Assembly (NCBI GenBank): GCA_051382305.1
Contig: JBBCAV010000413.1
Location: 1-31,466, forward strand
Length of the DNA: 31,466 nt
Origin: Bdellovibrionota bacterium FG-2
GTDB taxonomy: Bacteria; Bdellovibrionota; UBA1018
Reading direction: 5' to 3'
Shown here one piece after another: positions 26,580-31,466 of the stretch; the first letter of the stretch is position 1; each line of letters begins with the position of its first letter. The translations under genes were made by a program, and so were the position numbers. The notes below the pieces were generated by a model. The model had not been told where the DNA came from. It did not search any database and saw only the letters and a list, made by a program, of their open reading frames with translations.

Positions 26580-29354
26580 TTAACGCTTCTTCGTCTTCTT
26601 CTTGGCTTTGCCCTTAGCCCCCGTGACCTTCACGCCATTCTTACCTGTCGATCGTGGGTTACGAAGTGCAGCGTGCGCCGCTGCCAAGCGCGCAAGAGGC
26701 ACTCGATAAGGAGAGCAACTCACATAATGCAAGCCCGCGTCGTGGCAAAACTCAACCGATGCGGGATCACCGCCGTGCTCACCACAGATCCCAATCTTAA
26801 TATCAGGGCGCGTAGCACTTCCCTCTTCTGAAGCAATCTTCATTAAGCGCCCCACACCCGCTGTATCAAGCGAGGCAAACGGATCGCGTTCATAGATCTT
26901 CGCGTCGAGATAATCCTTAAGGAACATCCCCGAATCATCGCGCGAAAGACCATAAGTCGTCTGAGTCAAATCGTTGGTTCCGAAACTAAAGAACTCCGCA
27001 TATTTTGCAATCTCGCCTGCAGTCAGGGCGGCGCGGGGCAATTCGATCATCGTCCCGATCATATACTGAACGCCTTTGACGCCTTGTTTTTTAAACTCTC
27101 CGACAATTCGATCCGCTTCTTCGCGACAATAATCGCCCACAAATCGCAACTCACGCCAATCACCCACAAGCGGAATCATAATCTCAGGAATAATCTTAAA
27201 ACCCTCTTCCTTCATCAACTCACAGGCCGCTTCCATGATCGCGCGCACCTGGGTGCGATAGATTTCAGGAAAACTCACGCCCAAGCGACAACCGCGATGG
27301 CCCAGCATGGGATTAAATTCATGCAGACTCTCGGCCTTGCGTTTCAAGCGATCAAACGTTACGCCGATTTTATCCGCCAAAGCATGAAGTTCAGAATCTT
27401 GATGCGGAATAAACTCATGCAGCGGGGGATCCAGTAGACGGATCGTAACCGGGAACCCCTTCATTTCTCTGAAAATTCCCTTAAAATCTCCCTTTTGCAT
27501 CGGCAAAATTTTATCCAAAGCCCGCTGACGACCCTCCGTTGAATCGGCCAGAATCATTTCTCGAACGGCATCAATGCGGTCCGACTCAAAGAACATGTGT
27601 TCCGTTCGGCAAAGGCCAATCCCCTCGGCACCAAAGGAGCGCGCAACTTTTGTATCATGTGGAGTATCAGAGTTCGTGCGCACGGCGAGTTGTTTCACAT
27701 CATCAACCCACTTCATGAGCTCCTGAAAATCCTTATTAAGCGCAGGGGCGATCGTGGGAACTTCGCCCAAAATCACTTCGCCCGCACTGCCTTCCAGGGT
27801 GATAAAATCCCCTTCCTTAACCGTAAGGTTCCCAACCGAAAATTCCCGCCGGTCATAACTGATCTTAATCGAGCCACAACCCGACACACAGCACTTACCC
27901 ATACCGCGCGCCACGACTGCCGCGTGCGAAGTCATTCCACCCCGGGCGGTCAGAATCCCGGTTGCAACAGACATCCCATGAATATCTTCAGGCGATGTTT
28001 CAAGACGAACCAAAATCACCTTCTTACCTTCGTCATTCGCCCATTTCTCGGCAGTATCAGGATCAAAAACCACTTGCCCTGTGGCGGCGCCCGGTGAAGC
28101 CGGAAGCCCTTTGGCAATCACATTTTTCTTCGCACTCGGGTCCAGGCAAGGATGCAAGAGCTGATCAAGCTGCTCGGGCTTCACGCGTAATAGCGCTTCC
28201 GATTTTGTGATCAATTTTTCGCGAACCATGTCGACGGCAATCTTCAAAGCCGCTTGGGCCGTACGCTTTCCACTTCGCGTCTGCAGCATGAAAAGTTTTC
28301 CACGCTCAATCGTAAACTCGATATCCTGCATGTCACGATAGTGATGCTCAAGCTTTTGATACACTTTTACGAGTTCAGCATACGCCTTAGGCATGACACC
28401 TTGAAGAGTGGGAAGTTTTTCTGCCCCTTCTTCAACTCCTTTTTGACGAGACTCTTCGTTAATGGGTTGAGGCGTACGAATCCCCGCCACCACATCTTCT
28501 CCCTGCGCATTTACCAAGAACTCACCAAAAAACTTTTTCACGCCGGTCGAAGGATCACGGGTAAACGCCACACCGGTCGCGCAATCATCACCCATGTTTC
28601 CAAAAACCATGGCCTGAATATTAACCGCTGTACCCCAGGCTTCCGGAATGTCATTAAGTTTTCGATACGTGTTGGCGCGCGGATTCATCCACGAACCAAA
28701 CACCGCGCCCACCGCGCCCCAGAGCTGCTCCCAAGGATCTTCTGGGAAAATTTTGCCATTGGAACGAACAATTTGTTTATAGTCGGCAACAAGCTTCTTC
28801 AAATCCTCAGCTGAAAGCTCCGTATCGAGTTCAACTCCTCGTTCGTGTTTGAGATCTTCAAAAGCGGTTTCAAAATAATTTGAATGAATGCCAAGCACCA
28901 CATCCGAGTACATCGTAATAAAGCGACGATAACTATCATAACTGAAACGTGCGTCTTTAGCCTCCGCAATCACGCCCTCAACCGTCACGTCATTTAATCC
29001 GAGATTAAGAATCGTATCCATCATCCCGGGCATCGAGGCGCGTGCTCCCGAGCGCACCGAAACCAAAAGGGGATTCGTCTTGGAACCAAATTTTCGACCC
29101 ATCGACTTTTCCATTTTCGCAAACCCCGCCCGAATCTGCGCGTCCAGGATTTTCGGATAGGTCTTAGAGTTTGCATAAAAATAGGTGCAAACTTCGGTTG
29201 AAATCGTAAAACCCGGAGGCACCGGCAAACCAAGTTTGGTCATCCCATGGAGATTGGCACCTTTGCCACCCAATAGTTCTTTGCGGGTCTCGTCGCCATC
29301 GGCTTTTCCGTCGGAAAACACAAATACATATTTCCCTTTTTCGGTTTTTGCCAT
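26580..29354 (-). CDS. ppdK: Pyruvate phosphate dikinase
   Basis: LLGGKGANL, SVRSGARASMPGMMDT, GGMTSHAAVVARG, GLCRTEHM and GICGEHGG. Start MAKTEK at 29354. Confidence 0.98.
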   Translation of the reverse strand: MAKTEKGKYVFVFSDGKADGDETRKELLGGKGANLHGMTKLGLPVPPGFTISTEVCTYFYANSKTYPKILDAQIRAGFAKMEKSMGRKFGSKTNPLLVSVRSGARASMPGMMDTILNLGLNDVTVEGVIAEAKDARFSYDSYRRFITMYSDVVLGIHSNYFETAFEDLKHERGVELDTELSAEDLKKLVADYKQIVRSNGKIFPEDPWEQLWGAVGAVFGSWMNPRANTYRKLNDIPEAWGTAVNIQAMVFGNMGDDCATGVAFTRDPSTGVKKFFGEFLVNAQGEDVVAGIRTPQPINEESRQKGVEEGAEKLPTLQGVMPKAYAELVKVYQKLEHHYRDMQDIEFTIERGKLFMLQTRSGKRTAQAALKIAVDMVREKLITKSEALLRVKPEQLDQLLHPCLDPSAKKNVIAKGLPASPGAATGQVVFDPDTAEKWANDEGKKVILVRLETSPEDIHGMSVATGILTARGGMTSHAAVVARGMGKCCVSGCGSIKISYDRREFSVGNLTVKEGDFITLEGSAGEVILGEVPTIAPALNKDFQELMKWVDDVKQLAVRTNSDTPHDTKVARSFGAEGIGLCRTEHMFFESDRIDAVREMILADSTEGRQRALDKILPMQKGDFKGIFREMKGFPVTIRLLDPPLHEFIPHQDSELHALADKIGVTFDRLKRKAESLHEFNPMLGHRGCRLGVSFPEIYRTQVRAIMEAACELMKEEGFKIIPEIMIPLVGDWRELRFVGDYCREEADRIVGEFKKQGVKGVQYMIGTMIELPRAALTAGEIAKYAEFFSFGTNDLTQTTYGLSRDDSGMFLKDYLDAKIYERDPFASLDTAGVGRLMKIASEEGSATRPDIKIGICGEHGGDPASVEFCHDAGLHYVSCSPYRVPLARLAAAHAALRNPRSTGKNGVKVTGAKGKAKKKTKKR

Positions 29355-29364
29355 GGCAGTCCCC

Positions 29365-30729
29365 TTACCCGTTCCAGCTTTCGAATTTTTCTTCGATATA
29401 ACGCGTGAGGTTTTCAGCACTGATCCTTTCTTGGACCATGCTGTCGCGGTGCCGGATCGTGACGGTGTAATTTGTGAGAGTGTCATAATCAATAGTTACT
29501 CCAAAAGGGGTACCGATTTCGTCGTGTCGGCGATACCGTTTGCCGATCGATCCCGTTTCATCAGTTGTGGCACGGAACCGTTTTTTCAACTCACCAAAAA
29601 CCTTCTCAGTAAATTCTAATAAATCTGGCTTCTTCATCAGTGGATACACGGCAACCTTGTAAGGGGCCAAACAAGGATGCAGCGCAAGCCAAGTGCGCTC
29701 GCCATCGAAGCGATACGCGTCAGCCAGCGCAACCAGAAGCGAGCGATCACAGCCGGCCGAGGTCTCAACAATATAGGGTAAAAACCGTTCCTTTGAAGCT
29801 TCATCAAAGTATTCAAGTTTCTTGCCACTAAACTTCTCATGGCGACCTAGGTCGAAGTCGGAACGATTATGAATCCCCTCCAGCTCCTGCCAACCAAATG
29901 GAAACTCATACTCGATATCAAAGGCCGCCTTTGCGTAATGCGCTAGCTCGCCGGGACCATGCTCATGGAACCGAAGCTTGTTCTTGCGAATTCCGTTATC
30001 AAGGTGCCATTGAATACGGGTTTGCTTCCACTTCTCAAACCATTCCATGTCAGAACCGGGCTTGACGAAAAATTGCATTTCCATTTGCTCAAACTCACGC
30101 GTGCGGAAAATGAAATTTCCAGGGGTGATTTCATTCCGAAACGCCTTTCCAATTTGCGCAATCCCGAACGGAAGCTTTTGGCGAGCCGATTGTTGAACAT
30201 TGATAAAATTTACGTAAATTCCCTGTGCCGTTTCGGGCCGTAAATAAACCACCGCAGCCGAATCTTCTACGGGTCCCATATGGGTTTTGAACATGAGATT
30301 GAACATGCGAGGCTCAGTAAGCTCACCGCTGCACTCGGGACACTTTTTTGCCGCAATCGCCGCAGGATCGAGCTTATCGGCCCTAAAACGGGTCCGACAT
30401 TTCTTACAATCAACCAGCGGATCCACAAAACCTTCGACGTGACCCGAAGCTTCCCAGACGCGAGGATGCATGAGGATCGCCGCATCCAAGCCCTCGATGT
30501 CTTCGCGATCAGTCATCGCGCGCCACCAGCGCTCCTTCACGTTTCGTTTAAGCTCAATGCCAAGCGGACCGTAGTCCCAACATGCATTGATGCCACCGTA
30601 AATTTCGCTCGAGGGAAACACGAACCCTCGTCTCTTACAAAGCGAGACGAGATCGGCCATGTCTTTTAAATCCTGCGGAGGTCCTGCTGCTGGTTTTTCT
30701 TGCGGCTTTTCTTGTTCTTTTTCAGTCAT
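29365..30729 (-). CDS. glyQS: Glycine--tRNA ligase (homodimeric alpha2 type)
   Basis: SEIYGG...[36 protein letters not shown] and [15 protein letters not shown] motifs. Confidence 0.97.
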   Translation of the reverse strand: MTEKEQEKPQEKPAAGPPQDLKDMADLVSLCKRRGFVFPSSEIYGGINACWDYGPLGIELKRNVKERWWRAMTDREDIEGLDAAILMHPRVWEASGHVEGFVDPLVDCKKCRTRFRADKLDPAAIAAKKCPECSGELTEPRMFNLMFKTHMGPVEDSAAVVYLRPETAQGIYVNFINVQQSARQKLPFGIAQIGKAFRNEITPGNFIFRTREFEQMEMQFFVKPGSDMEWFEKWKQTRIQWHLDNGIRKNKLRFHEHGPGELAHYAKAAFDIEYEFPFGWQELEGIHNRSDFDLGRHEKFSGKKLEYFDEASKERFLPYIVETSAGCDRSLLVALADAYRFDGERTWLALHPCLAPYKVAVYPLMKKPDLLEFTEKVFGELKKRFRATTDETGSIGKRYRRHDEIGTPFGVTIDYDTLTNYTVTIRHRDSMVQERISAENLTRYIEEKFESWNG

Positions 30730-30758
30730 TTTAACCTCTCGTTAGCAAAACTATATAC

Positions 30759-31232
30759 CTATGCCAAGCCTATACCCAGAAAGATTGCTTCACCCGCCAA
30801 TCTAAACGGCGTCCAGATTAGCCGCGTCGGCTCATTGAAATTAGAGGGTAAATCAATCTTTGTATCTTGGGTACCTTGGTAATTGAAAACCTGCGAAATC
30901 CCGGTTTGTGGCTGAATTCCCTTTCGCACAAAATCCACCTGGGCCCGCCCCAGAAGCTGCTCCCAGAGCCTATGAGCGGTGCATCCCAATTTTTTTTGCG
31001 CCGTCAAAGATAGGACTAGAGACACCATTCCGCGCTGCTCCCCAATCTCAACGCCCACAATCAAAACTTCGGTTCCAAGATCTAAAGGGCAGGGCATTTC
31101 CCAGCTGTTTTTGCGCGCGGGCAAACCCAATTCGGGCTTCGGCTCGGGGTGGCGCTCCACCAACTCATCAATCATGGCCGAATGAAGCGCCTGGAGAAGC
31201 GCCGTCCACGAATTTGGTGGATGCGGGGCCAT
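30759..31232 (-). CDS. Hypothetical protein
   Basis: 157-aa ORF coupled to the upstream stop (TAATG) and co-oriented with glyQS. Confidence 0.65.
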   Translation of the reverse strand: MAPHPPNSWTALLQALHSAMIDELVERHPEPKPELGLPARKNSWEMPCPLDLGTEVLIVGVEIGEQRGMVSLVLSLTAQKKLGCTAHRLWEQLLGRAQVDFVRKGIQPQTGISQVFNYQGTQDTKIDLPSNFNEPTRLIWTPFRLAGEAIFLGIGLA

Positions 31233-31441
31233 TATTGAAGTCCCACGTGGTGAAAACGAGCATATTCGCCATCGAGACTCAAAAGGTCTTCATGACGGCC
31301 ACGCTCCAGAATCTCTCCCTCTTTGAGAACCAAAATTTCATCGGCATTCTTAATTGTGGAAAGCCTATGCGCAATCATCAACGTGGTGCGCCCCCGCATC
31401 AGATCATCCAGCGCGCTCTGTACTATTTTTTCCGCCTGAGT
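31232..31441 (-). pseudogene. C-terminal fragment of an MsbA-like ABC exporter ATPase domain
   Basis: [36 protein letters not shown] (H-loop). The expected upstream DEATSALD is absent in all frames and there is an in-frame TAG at 31463-65. Confidence 0.7.
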
Positions 31442-31466
31442 CTTTGGTCGATTCATGATTTTCTAA

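Noticed and set aside
29355-29492. N-terminal extension of PPDK overlapping glyQS (ORF track start 29492)
   Set aside because: Homology begins at MAKTEKGKYVF (29354), which has an SD AAGGGG just after the glyQS stop.
27084-30669. Long plus-strand ORFs antisense to ppdK and glyQS (and similar ones opposite rnj, nadC and hipA)
   Set aside because: Shadow ORFs of well-conserved genes, with no motifs or RBS.

Overview
Roughly 50% GC bacterial window, most likely from a Bdellovibrionota/Oligoflexia-type predator. This is inferred from the tandem short (~277 aa) flagellins, a RomR polarity regulator, homodimeric-type GlyRS and many secreted orphans. The intact core blocks are flagellin x3, an RmlD-like SDR, romR, birA, nadC, rph, rnj, udk, a lytic transglycosylase, an ABC peptide-binding lipoprotein, ppdK and glyQS. 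Two accessory patches interrupt them. The first (~9.0-11.3 kb) has a hydrolase, a truncated methyltransferase and a DUF433/DUF5615 TA pair. The second (~16.6-26.5 kb) has secreted orphans, a frameshifted Ig/GLUG adhesin, VapBC, HipBA and beta-barrel-like proteins. Main points of interest: (i) a two-member secreted family, hidden by frameshifts and a premature stop, that shares a CglF/GltF-like motif and C-x9-W-x2-C modules but has unrelated C-termini, with one copy behind a sigma28-like and the other behind a sigma54-like promoter; (ii) conserved, co-varying GGA-loop (CsrA-type) hairpins in the flagellin leaders; (iii) two divergent envelope genes whose likely start codons share one CATG; (iv) lesions concentrated in accessory genes. 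No rRNA, tRNA, CRISPR array, transposase or integrase was recognised. All family calls come from motif recognition by eye, not database searches.
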